Source: Candidatus Latescibacterota bacterium (GTDB lineage Bacteria > Latescibacterota > UBA2968). From it: a stretch of 64,000 nucleotides of DNA. Within the stretch, counting starts at the first letter, position 1, and each line of letters opens with the position of its first letter. Shown in pieces: positions 37,977-47,105 of the stretch. The notes beneath the pieces are model-generated. The model did no database searches. It had not been told where the DNA came from and was given only the letters and a program-made list of their open reading frames with translations. Both the position numbers and the translations under genes were made by a program. The stretch lies in assembly GCA_965205975.1 (NCBI GenBank), contig OZ242195.1, positions 4,992,001 through 5,056,000 on the forward strand. The letters run 5' to 3'.

Positions 37977-39155
37977 TTGAAGCCTTATGACGCCATTCGC
38001 ACCCGCCTTGCGCGCTCTCCAGAAGCTGGCGCTGCAGCGGGTTTCTCTGTTATATTTTTGGTTTTTGCACTCGCCACGCCAGATACATTTCTCTCCCATA
38101 GCGCGATTTCATCCATTCTCAATAGTCAGGCCGTTCCAGGCATCCTCGCTATTGGTATTACGCTTTTGATGATTTCTGGAGAGTTTGACCTTTCAGTTGG
38201 TTCTATTCTGGGGGTGTCTTCTCTCGCGTTTCTCTATGCAACCGTAAATGGTGTACCTGTTTTGCTCGCGACAGCTATTGGATTAATCATCGGTTGCCTG
38301 CTCGGTCTGATCAATGGCTTGCTTCTCGTATCGACGGGTATTCCTTCCTTTATTATTACGTTGGGAACGATGCTCGCGTATCGCGCCATTCCTCTTACGG
38401 CTATTTCCGGTGGGCGCATTATTCGATATGCGGACTATTCGCGCGAGTCTCCGGTTCTCGAAGTGCCCGGCCTTGTGGTTTTTATTTTGACGCTTGCACT
38501 TTTTTTTCTTGTTCTGTGGATAGCGCGGGATATCTGGCGGGCGAGAAATCAATCCATAAAGTCCAAAGTCCTGGTTGCTGTTGCGCTTCTTTTATTTGCT
38601 TATTTCGTCTTCGAGGCACTTGTATCCCATCCTTTGATACCGGTTAAAATTGATTTTTTTTATGTACTCAACGGGCGCATTGGGACGGGTAATTATCGCA
38701 CCAGCATTCTGTGGTGGATAGGGCTTACTTCAGTTTTTGCAATCATGTTGAGTCAAACGCGTTTTGGGAACGCTGTTTTTGCCACCGGAGGCAATGCCCA
38801 GGCGGCGCGTTTGCAGGGTATTCGTATTGATCGCGTGCGCGTGACCAATTTTGTCATTTCGGGATTTCTCGCCGCGCTTGCAGGTATTATTCAGGTCGCA
38901 CGTCTTAAGAGCGTTGATCCATTGCGCGGTACGGGGTTGGAGCTTGAGGTTATCGCCGCGGTTGTTATTGGCGGGACGCTACTTACAGGGGGTTATGGCA
39001 GTCTGATTGGTTCGGCTATTGGCACTGCGCTGACGGGCATGTTGCGTACGGGGCTTGTTCTCATGCAAGTTCCCTCCAATGCTTTTAGGGGGGCTATTGG
39101 CGCTATTATGATCGCGGCTGTTGTGATTAATAATTTTGTGCGGAAAGAACGCTGA
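37977..39155 (+). CDS. sugar ABC transporter permease (RbsC-like)
   Basis: ISGEFDLSVGS, GIPSFIITLG, ATGGN-AARLQGI, LELEVIAAVVIGG. Confidence 0.9.
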   Translation: MKPYDAIRTRLARSPEAGAAAGFSVIFLVFALATPDTFLSHSAISSILNSQAVPGILAIGITLLMISGEFDLSVGSILGVSSLAFLYATVNGVPVLLATAIGLIIGCLLGLINGLLLVSTGIPSFIITLGTMLAYRAIPLTAISGGRIIRYADYSRESPVLEVPGLVVFILTLALFFLVLWIARDIWRARNQSIKSKVLVAVALLLFAYFVFEALVSHPLIPVKIDFFYVLNGRIGTGNYRTSILWWIGLTSVFAIMLSQTRFGNAVFATGGNAQAARLQGIRIDRVRVTNFVISGFLAALAGIIQVARLKSVDPLRGTGLELEVIAAVVIGGTLLTGGYGSLIGSAIGTALTGMLRTGLVLMQVPSNAFRGAIGAIMIAAVVINNFVRKER

Positions 39156-39163
39156 GGCTATGT

Positions 39164-39913
39164 TTGGTTTTACTTGAGCTAAAAAATATCGGTCGCCGCT
39201 TTGGGCATATTGTCGCGCTGAAAGGCATTGATTTCACGCTTGAGGATGGTGAAGTTCTCGCGCTTTTAGGCGATAATGGGGCGGGCAAATCTACGCTGAT
39301 TAAGGTGATTACGGGTGTTTATCCGCCCAGTGAAGGCGATATGTATTTTGAGGACGAGGTCATTCGATTTAACTCGCCACAGGATGCCCGCGATCTGGGG
39401 ATTGAAACCGTTTATCAGGATCTCGCGCTCGTGTCGAGCATGAGTATTGCGCGCAATTTTTATCTGGGGAGAGAACTCGTCAAGCAGGTCGGTCCGTTCA
39501 CGCTTTGCGACCAGGTAGCGATGGATACAGGTGCGGCTTCGGCACTGGGTGAGATAGGTATTCACATCCGCAATGCCGGTGAATCCGTTGCCCGTTTGTC
39601 CGGTGGCGAGCGACAATCGATTGCCATAGCCCGCGCCCTTCACTTTGGGTCTCGCGTGCTTATTCTCGATGAACCGACTTCTGCTCTTTCCGTTGGCGAA
39701 ACGCGCAAGGTGCTCGGCTATGTTACGGCTGCTAAAGAAAAAGGTTTAGGTGTTATTTTTATTACCCATAATATTTCCCATGTGTTTGAAGTTGCCGATC
39801 GGACAACTATTCTCAGTCACGGCGAAAAGGTCGGCGATTTCCCGATCTGTGATGTCACACAGGACGATGTCGCAGCTATGGTGATGGGACAGGGTATTCC
39901 CGAACATCTTTAG
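39164..39913 (+). CDS. sugar ABC transporter ATP-binding protein
   Basis: GDNGAGKST, LSGGERQ, ILDEPT, ITHN. Confidence 0.92.
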   Translation: MVLLELKNIGRRFGHIVALKGIDFTLEDGEVLALLGDNGAGKSTLIKVITGVYPPSEGDMYFEDEVIRFNSPQDARDLGIETVYQDLALVSSMSIARNFYLGRELVKQVGPFTLCDQVAMDTGAASALGEIGIHIRNAGESVARLSGGERQSIAIARALHFGSRVLILDEPTSALSVGETRKVLGYVTAAKEKGLGVIFITHNISHVFEVADRTTILSHGEKVGDFPICDVTQDDVAAMVMGQGIPEHL

Positions 39914-39941
39914 ACGAATAGACGACTCCCCCTAACCCCCA
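39911..39941 (+). repeat. truncated copy of the cgaataga element
   Basis: tagacgaatagacgac followed by a C-rich core remnant. Confidence 0.4.
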
Positions 39942-39985
39942 GCCTTCAACCCCTTTTTTATGACTGCTTTTAATTTTTAATTCCC

Positions 39986-41368
39986 ATGTCCAAACCACTC
40001 GAAACGACAATAGAATCCACCGGGCGCAAAGTCGATTTTTCGCTTACCCGCAAAATTCTCTGGATGACCATTCCGGTCGCTCTGGGAGGCCAGATCGAGA
40101 GCGTTGTACTGATGGTTCAACTCATTTTTATCGGGATGCTCGGTCCGGCCGCCCTTTCTGCGGTAGGTATTGCCCAGGTGTTTACGCGCGTGCTCTTTAC
40201 CGCGATGATGTCTATTTCGAGGGGCGCGCTGACGATGGTCGCACAGGCGATTGGCGCAGACTCTATGCGCGAAGCCAGTGCAGCGGCGAAGCAGGCGTTT
40301 TCTCTGCTTTTTTTATTTAGTATTGCTTTTGGCCTGGGCAGTTTGGCTCTTTCGCCTTTTTTGATTCCGATGATGACCTCTGATCCGAAGGTAGCAGCTA
40401 TGGGAACGCCATATTTGCAGGTCTTTTTTATCGGTGTTCCTTTTATGACGCTGAATCGCGCTATTGCGAGTTGCTTTCAGGGTGCTGGGGATACGCGCAC
40501 GCCTTTTTATCTGAGTTTTATCAGTAGTAGCATTCAAATTGTAATGTGTTATCTTCTCATCTTTGGTTACTGGGGATTGCCGGCATTGGGCGTTGTAGGG
40601 GCTGCTGTTGCCGGTCTTTTGGGGCGCAGTACGGCAACCTTGATAGGACTTGGGTGTCTTTATAGCGGGCGTTTTGCGCTCACGCTTTTGCCCGATACGT
40701 CCTACCGGTTTGATTGGGGAGTTGCGCGTCGCATTCTCAAAATTGGCGTGCCTTCCGGGCTTCAGGGGATTTTGCGCAATGGCTCAGGTGTGGTTTATCT
40801 CAAATTTATTGCAATGTCCTCATTATCTACAACTGCTGTTGCGGCGTATGCGATTGGGAATCAGTTGGAACACATTTTGCGGCGAACCGGGCTGTCTTTT
40901 GGTACGGTTGCAACGGCTATGGTGGGGCAGCATTTGGGGGCGAAAGAGCCCGAAGGTGCAGAGCGCCACGGTTGGACTATTCTCTTTATTTCTGTTGTGA
41001 CCAATATCGCCTTGTCGCTGCCTGCCGTGCTTTTTGCGGAGTTTTTTATGTCGATATTTACCGATGCACAAGAGGTGATTGGCACGGGTATCATTTATCT
41101 TTACGCGATGGTTATTGCCGAACCATTTTTGTGTGCTGCCAATACGAGTAGCGGTAGTCTCAGAGGTGCTGGCGATACGATGCCTCCGATGTATTATACT
41201 CTGATTGCACAGTGGCTGGTTCGCCTACCAGTCGCTTATGTTCTGGGGTTTACTCTTGGATTTGATATTTACGGGATCTGGGCCGCGCTTATTGTTTATA
41301 GTATTGTACAGGGCGCGCTTACCGTTCGCAAATTCGCTCAGGGCCATTGGAAAAAGTACCAGATTTAA
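39986..41368 (+). CDS. MATE family efflux transporter
   Basis: ~12 TM segments, GAGDTRTP, LGVVGAA, ILKIGVP, LRGAGDT. Confidence 0.9.
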   Translation: MSKPLETTIESTGRKVDFSLTRKILWMTIPVALGGQIESVVLMVQLIFIGMLGPAALSAVGIAQVFTRVLFTAMMSISRGALTMVAQAIGADSMREASAAAKQAFSLLFLFSIAFGLGSLALSPFLIPMMTSDPKVAAMGTPYLQVFFIGVPFMTLNRAIASCFQGAGDTRTPFYLSFISSSIQIVMCYLLIFGYWGLPALGVVGAAVAGLLGRSTATLIGLGCLYSGRFALTLLPDTSYRFDWGVARRILKIGVPSGLQGILRNGSGVVYLKFIAMSSLSTTAVAAYAIGNQLEHILRRTGLSFGTVATAMVGQHLGAKEPEGAERHGWTILFISVVTNIALSLPAVLFAEFFMSIFTDAQEVIGTGIIYLYAMVIAEPFLCAANTSSGSLRGAGDTMPPMYYTLIAQWLVRLPVAYVLGFTLGFDIYGIWAALIVYSIVQGALTVRKFAQGHWKKYQI

Positions 41369-41375
41369 TCGTTTA

Positions 41376-41404
41376 TAGACAATTGGTTGGTTTGGTGATA
41401 TAAT
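41376..41404 (+). promoter_or_regulatory. sigma70 promoter of the czcCBA-like operon
   Basis: TAGACA-17 bp-TATAAT with extended -10 TG; AGGAGG RBS downstream. Confidence 0.65.
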
Positions 41405-41449
41405 TAATTTTCCGGATTACTTTTGATTGTCACCACAGGAGGATGATTG

Positions 41450-42703
41450 ATGCTCAAACTATGTTATCGACACGCCTTCGTATTGTGTGGCCTGATATTG
41501 GTGTCCTGGACGACATTGGTCGCTGAGACAACGGTGCTGGGAGATGCCCGGGCCAGTGTCGCGTTAACGCGTTTTGTGCAAGCTGTTGTCGATTCCAATC
41601 CCCGTGTGCAGGCAGCACGCGCGGGTTTAGAAGCGAGCAGTGCGCTTAGAGATGCCGCGTCGCGTCCCCTCTACAATCCCGAATTGTCGCTGGATGCTGA
41701 GAATGCACAAGCCAGGATACGTACACTATCGTTTAGTCAAACGCTGGATTGGGGTGGCAAACGCAAGGCGCGTACCGCAGTGGCAGAATTAGACCGTCTC
41801 GTTGCCGAGGCGGAGTACTTGGATGCCCGATGGACGGTTGCGGTAGATTTGTTCAATGGTCTCGCGCTATATCAAACAGGCGTTGAACGCAGTCGTCTGG
41901 CCCAAACGCGGCAGCAGTTGATGGAGGAGTATGCGGCGTTGGCGAAGCGCCGGTTTGAGATCGGCGAGTTAGACCAGATGGAACTCGATCAGGCACTCCT
42001 TTCGTTGACAGAGGCGCGTATTCAAAAAGCAATGGCGGCCGCCGATTTGTCCGAGGTGCGGCAAGCGGTGTACAACCTTGTTTCGCGAACACCCGAGGCG
42101 CAGTGGCCTTCTCTTCCCGCAAAACTACCAGAGTTACCTGGGCAAAATGCTGATCCAAAGGTGCTGGTGCAGGCATTACCCGAGGTTGTAGCTGCACAGC
42201 ACCGGGTCAATATGGCTGATGCTGTGGTTGCACTGAGGCGACGCGAACGTCGTCCAGATCCAACCCTGAGCCTCACTGGAGGGTACGAAGATGGCGAAAG
42301 GCTAATCGGTTTGGGTCTGTCCATTCCGCTTCCGATCCGGAACCGCTTTGCACATGAGGTTACCGCGGCTATGGCGGAGCGTGATCAGGCCCAGAAACTT
42401 GCAGATGATACGGTACAAATGGCGCAGGCCTTTCTGGTTGGTGCGGCAGAGCGCTACGAGTTATCGCGCAGTGCCTGGGGCGAGTGGGAGCAGTTGGGGC
42501 GGAAAAGTCTGGACCGACAAAGCGAGGAACTGCGCCGACTCTGGCAGGCTGGGGATCTCAGTACAGCCGACTATTTGGCACAATTGGAGCAAACGATACA
42601 TGTGCGAGAAAGTGCCCTTGATCTGCACAGTCAGGTATGGCGTGCCTGGTTCGAATGGCTTCTCGCAGCGGGACAGGTAGATGCCTGGCTCGGTCTTAGA
42701 TGA
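41450..42703 (+). CDS. TolC/CzcC-family outer membrane efflux protein
   Basis: signal peptide, NPRVQAARA, YNPELSL, SIPLPIRNR; first gene of an OMF-MFP-RND triad. Confidence 0.85.
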   Translation: MLKLCYRHAFVLCGLILVSWTTLVAETTVLGDARASVALTRFVQAVVDSNPRVQAARAGLEASSALRDAASRPLYNPELSLDAENAQARIRTLSFSQTLDWGGKRKARTAVAELDRLVAEAEYLDARWTVAVDLFNGLALYQTGVERSRLAQTRQQLMEEYAALAKRRFEIGELDQMELDQALLSLTEARIQKAMAAADLSEVRQAVYNLVSRTPEAQWPSLPAKLPELPGQNADPKVLVQALPEVVAAQHRVNMADAVVALRRRERRPDPTLSLTGGYEDGERLIGLGLSIPLPIRNRFAHEVTAAMAERDQAQKLADDTVQMAQAFLVGAAERYELSRSAWGEWEQLGRKSLDRQSEELRRLWQAGDLSTADYLAQLEQTIHVRESALDLHSQVWRAWFEWLLAAGQVDAWLGLR

Positions 42704-43839
42704 ATTACAACACACAAAAAACCGCATTGGAGGCCCTGATGACGATGCTGAAATTTTGGGCGATGTGTCTGTGTTTGATACTGATCCAGCCGATGTATGC
42801 CGAGGAAGCTGATCATGATGCGGCAATTGAACTGAGCGCAGAAGAACAACGCGCGGCGGGTATTGTTATCGGCATGGTTGAACCTCGCGCGCTCAATGAA
42901 ACCCTGCGGATTCCGGGCGAGGTCGTGATCAACGCGTACCGATCTGTGCTCGTTACGCCGCGCATTACAGCACAGGTTGTGGCGCGTCATGCGAAACTCG
43001 GCGATGAAGTCGAAGTCGGTCACCCTCTGGTGGCGCTCTCGAGTGTTGAGATGGCCGAGGCGCAAGGAGCATTGATTGTCGCGAATCGAGAATGGCAACG
43101 CGTCAAGACCCTTGGTCGGCAGGCCGTATCGGAACAACGCTATACCGAAGCACATGTTGCACAACAACAGGCTCTCGCCAAAGTGCTCGCTTATGGCATG
43201 ACCATGGTTCAGGCAGAGGCACTTATGCAGTCGGGAGATGCCAGCAAAGCGACCGGTACCTTCGACTTGCTCGCTCCACAAGCGGGCACGGTGCTACAGG
43301 ACGATTTTATTGTCGGTGAATTGATTGAACCTGGCCGGATACTCATGAGTATCAGCGACGAATCAGTGATGTGGGTGAAAGCACATATGGTGTTGACCGC
43401 GTCATCCAAAATCGGTATTGGTGCCAATGTGCGGGTTATCCCCGATGGTATCAACTGGTTTCCGGGCAAGGTCATTCAACTTCATCACCACCTCGACGAA
43501 AAGGTCCGAACTCAAGGCTTGCGCATTGAGGTGCCCAACACGGCTCATAGCTTGCATTCGGGTCAGTTTGTCGAAGTAGAGGTTGTCACCGGAACGCGCG
43601 CACCAGTACTCGCTGTGCCGAGTGCGGCATTGATAATGGTCAAAGGCTCACCGAGTGTATTCAAGATCGAGGACGGACACGAGTTCCATGCCGAGGCTAT
43701 TGAGTTCGGTTCCACGGTGGGCGAGTGGACGGTCGTTCGCAGCGGGCTTATTGCAGGTGATGAGATTGCCATAAGCGGCGTTTTTCACCTCAAATCATTG
43801 ATGCTCAAGTCTTCGCTTGGCGCAGGTCATGTACATTAG
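42700..43839 (+). CDS. CzcB/CusB-family periplasmic adaptor (MFP)
   Basis: LLAPQAGTV, LAVPSAAL, GLIAGDEI; C-terminal GHVH. Confidence 0.88.
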   Translation: MNYNTQKTALEALMTMLKFWAMCLCLILIQPMYAEEADHDAAIELSAEEQRAAGIVIGMVEPRALNETLRIPGEVVINAYRSVLVTPRITAQVVARHAKLGDEVEVGHPLVALSSVEMAEAQGALIVANREWQRVKTLGRQAVSEQRYTEAHVAQQQALAKVLAYGMTMVQAEALMQSGDASKATGTFDLLAPQAGTVLQDDFIVGELIEPGRILMSISDESVMWVKAHMVLTASSKIGIGANVRVIPDGINWFPGKVIQLHHHLDEKVRTQGLRIEVPNTAHSLHSGQFVEVEVVTGTRAPVLAVPSAALIMVKGSPSVFKIEDGHEFHAEAIEFGSTVGEWTVVRSGLIAGDEIAISGVFHLKSLMLKSSLGAGHVH

Positions 43840-43848
43840 GAGAATTGC

Positions 43849-46800
43849 ATGTTGGAAGCACTGGTAAATACTTCTCTGCGCTATAAATTCCTGGTGTTGA
43901 TCGCCTTTGGAATCGTAGCTTTTTTGGGTTGGCGCGCGGTTGTAACCGTGCCGATCGATGCGTTTCCAGATGTGACGCCTGCCCAGGTCAATATCTATAC
44001 CGAGTCGCCCGGGCTTGCTGCTGAGGATGTGGAGCAACTCCTAACTTTTCCCATTGAGTCCGGTATGGCCGGGTTGCCGAAGGTGAAGGAGATCCGCTCC
44101 GTGAGTCTCTTCGGTTTGTCCTATGTCGCGGTCTATTTTGAAGACGATATGGATATCTACTTCGCGCGCCGTCTCGTGATGGAGAGGTTGCAGGAGGTAG
44201 GGGAGCGCATCCCAGAAGGTTATGGTACGCCAGAGATGGGTCCCAACTCGTCCGGACTCGGCCAGGTTTTCTGGTACACATTGGAACGGGCTGATGAAAA
44301 GCTCAACGCGGCGATTACCGACATGGACTTGCGGACGCTGCACGACTGGAACGTACGTTTGATCTTGCGAACTGCCCCTGGCGTTGATGATGTCATTTCA
44401 TGGGGGGGCCAGGAGCGACAATTTCAGGTTGTAATGGATCCCCTGAACCTCATCAAATACGACCTGACCTTCACCGATGTCATGGAAGTGATCGAGGCCA
44501 ATAACCGCCAGGTTGGCGGTCAATATATTAATCTCGGCTCAGAGCAGTACCTCGTGCGCGGTCTGGGTCTGGTCAGAGACGAGCGCGATATCGGCGATAT
44601 GGTCGTCAAGGTTGAAGGCGGCGCGCCGGTATATTTGCGCGATATTGCTGAAATCCGTCAGGGGGGGGCACTTCGTTTTGGCGCTGTGACACGCGATGGC
44701 AAGGAGGTTGTCCTTGGGATGGTGCTCTCGCGCATCGGTGAGAATGCCGCCAGGGTGGTTGAGGCGACGAAGGAAAAGGTCGCCATTATTGACCAGTCGC
44801 TACCAGATGGTGTCGTCCTGCGACCCGTTTATGAACGCACCGACCTCGTTGAAAAAGCAGTGGGTACGGCTACGAATGCACTGTTTCAAGGCGCGATTCT
44901 GGTGGGTGTTATTCTGTTTTTGTTTCTCGGCGAATGGCGACCAGCAGTGGTTGTGATTGTCTCTATTCCGCTCACGATGCTCATTGCATTTGTGTTCATG
45001 GATGAAGTGGGTCTCTCAGCCAATCTCATGTCACTTGCCGGCCTCGCCATTGGTATTGGCATGATTGTCGATGGTGCAGTGGTCGTCGTGGAGAATTCAT
45101 TTCGCGTCATGGCAGAACGCAGTGCAGAGACAGAGAAGGTCGATCGCACTGCTGCGGTATTGGCTGCTGCCCGCGAAGTCGTGAATCCGATGACCTTTGC
45201 TATCTTGATTATTGTGGTGGTATTTCTGCCTTTGTTTGCGCTCGAGGGACTGGAGGGCAAGCTGTTCAAGCCGATGGCGTTTAATATCACGTTTGCCATG
45301 GGTGGGAGTTTATTGCTCGCGTTGACATTGATTCCCGTGCTCGCGGCTTTGTTATTAAAACCGCAAAGAGAACGCGAAACATGGCTCATACGTGTCATTA
45401 AACCGCGCTATCTATCCTTGCTTTCCTGGTCATTGGAGAATCGAAAAGTGGTGGTTGGCTGTGCCGTGGGTTTGCTCGTTGTGAGCATGGCACTGTTCCC
45501 TTTTCTGGGAAAAGAGTTCATGCCGCAATTGCAGGAAGGGTCAATCATGTGGCGCGTAACTTCGATACCTTCGGCTTCGCTTCAGCATTCAATCGAGATT
45601 TCCAAGGATATCGAGAACGCGTTGTCGAAATTCCCGGAGGTCGAAACTACGGTGGCAATGATTGGTCGGGCAGAGAAAGGCGAGACCGCCGACGCCAATT
45701 ACATGGAGATTTATACTGCACTCAAGCCCGAGAGCGAATGGCCCGGAGACCGCGATATAAAAGAGCTTGCCGAGGCTATGCGCGAGGAGTTGGAAGTGGT
45801 GGTGCCGTCGGCTGTTATCGCTTTTACTCAGCCAATTCAGATGCGCGTAGAGGAACTGATCTCTGGGGTTCGCGCCACGCTTGCCGCCAAGATCTACGGT
45901 GAAGATTTGGCAGTGCTCGATCAGTTGAGCGAGGCGGTCAAAGATGTCATTGCCGAAGTTGAGGGTGTGGCGGATCTTTCGGTTGAGGCCAATGTCGGCA
46001 AGCCGCAGATCCGCATTCAGGTCAAGCGCGAGCAACTCGCGCGTTTTGGGTTGAATGCGGACGATGTGTTGTCCGTTGTGCGCACGGGTATCGGCAATGA
46101 GCCGGTTACGACCATGATTGACGGCGTGCGCCGCTTCGATATTACGGCGCGATTCGATGACCGATCAAAAGCATCGGTGAAGTCGATTGAGCGCATTCCA
46201 CTGAAAACAAGCGATGGCGCAATCGTTCCTCTCGCGACTGTTGCAGATGTCAGCGTTGCGGAAGGTTACTCTTTTGTGCGCCGCGAGCAATTGCAGCGTT
46301 ACGCAGTGATCCAGATGGATGTGCGAGGGCGCGATGTCGATGGCTTTGTGCGCGATGCCAATGCGGCTATCGATGCACAGATTGACTTGCCTCCGGGCTA
46401 TTGGATTGAGTGGGGTGGTGCGTTCGAGAATCAACAGCGGGCGTTGGCGCGTTTGTCGGTGATCGTGCCGTTGACGATTTTTTTTATTTTTGTGTTGCTC
46501 TATACGGCATTTAATTCGGTTAAGTACGCCGCGCTGATTATAGCCAATGTGCCGTTTGCGACAATTGGAGGGATGGTGGTCCTTTTCTTTAGTGGACAAT
46601 ACGTGTCGGTGCCTTCGGCGATTGGATTTATCGCGGTGTTTGGCGTGGCGATGTTGAACGGCATTGTGTTGGTGAGTTTTATCAATGAGTTGCGCGAAAA
46701 AGGACTCGGTGTTGCAGAGGCTGTGCGACGGGGGGCGGAGTTGCGTTTGCGTCCAGTTTTGATGACCGCGAGTACGTCCATTCTCGGATTGGTGCCCTTG

Positions 46801-46938
46801 TTATTGGCGACGGGTGTTGGTGCCGAAACACAGCGTCCACTCGCTTCGGTGGTGGTCGGCGGTTTGATCACTTCGACGTTGTTGACACTCGTGTTGCTGC
46901 CGGTGATCTACGAGTGGATTGAGACGCGACGGCAGTAA
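43849..46938 (+). CDS. CzcA/CusA-family heavy-metal RND efflux pump
   Basis: PIDAFPDVT, ANLMSLAG, EGKLFKPMA, GFIAVFGVAMLNG, RLRPVLMTA. Confidence 0.93.
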   Translation: MLEALVNTSLRYKFLVLIAFGIVAFLGWRAVVTVPIDAFPDVTPAQVNIYTESPGLAAEDVEQLLTFPIESGMAGLPKVKEIRSVSLFGLSYVAVYFEDDMDIYFARRLVMERLQEVGERIPEGYGTPEMGPNSSGLGQVFWYTLERADEKLNAAITDMDLRTLHDWNVRLILRTAPGVDDVISWGGQERQFQVVMDPLNLIKYDLTFTDVMEVIEANNRQVGGQYINLGSEQYLVRGLGLVRDERDIGDMVVKVEGGAPVYLRDIAEIRQGGALRFGAVTRDGKEVVLGMVLSRIGENAARVVEATKEKVAIIDQSLPDGVVLRPVYERTDLVEKAVGTATNALFQGAILVGVILFLFLGEWRPAVVVIVSIPLTMLIAFVFMDEVGLSANLMSLAGLAIGIGMIVDGAVVVVENSFRVMAERSAETEKVDRTAAVLAAAREVVNPMTFAILIIVVVFLPLFALEGLEGKLFKPMAFNITFAMGGSLLLALTLIPVLAALLLKPQRERETWLIRVIKPRYLSLLSWSLENRKVVVGCAVGLLVVSMALFPFLGKEFMPQLQEGSIMWRVTSIPSASLQHSIEISKDIENALSKFPEVETTVAMIGRAEKGETADANYMEIYTALKPESEWPGDRDIKELAEAMREELEVVVPSAVIAFTQPIQMRVEELISGVRATLAAKIYGEDLAVLDQLSEAVKDVIAEVEGVADLSVEANVGKPQIRIQVKREQLARFGLNADDVLSVVRTGIGNEPVTTMIDGVRRFDITARFDDRSKASVKSIERIPLKTSDGAIVPLATVADVSVAEGYSFVRREQLQRYAVIQMDVRGRDVDGFVRDANAAIDAQIDLPPGYWIEWGGAFENQQRALARLSVIVPLTIFFIFVLLYTAFNSVKYAALIIANVPFATIGGMVVLFFSGQYVSVPSAIGFIAVFGVAMLNGIVLVSFINELREKGLGVAEAVRRGAELRLRPVLMTASTSILGLVPLLLATGVGAETQRPLASVVVGGLITSTLLTLVLLPVIYEWIETRRQ

Positions 46939-46985
46939 ACGTCCGCATTTTTATTTCTTGCGGTGGGGAAGGTATTACCTTATTA

Positions 46986-47014
46986 TCCGAATAATTCGAA
47001 TAATCCGAATTATT
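46986..47014. promoter_or_regulatory. possible operator: three 9-bp direct repeats with a palindrome
   Basis: tccgaataa-ttcgaataa-tccgaatta; aataattcg/cgaattatt inverted repeat. Confidence 0.35.
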
Positions 47015-47105
47015 ATTATATGTGGTCAAAAAACTATGCTTCCCATCAGAGGGGGTGAGGGCTATTGATGCTCCAATTAATACAAGTATTGGCTTAATAC
47101 AAGCA

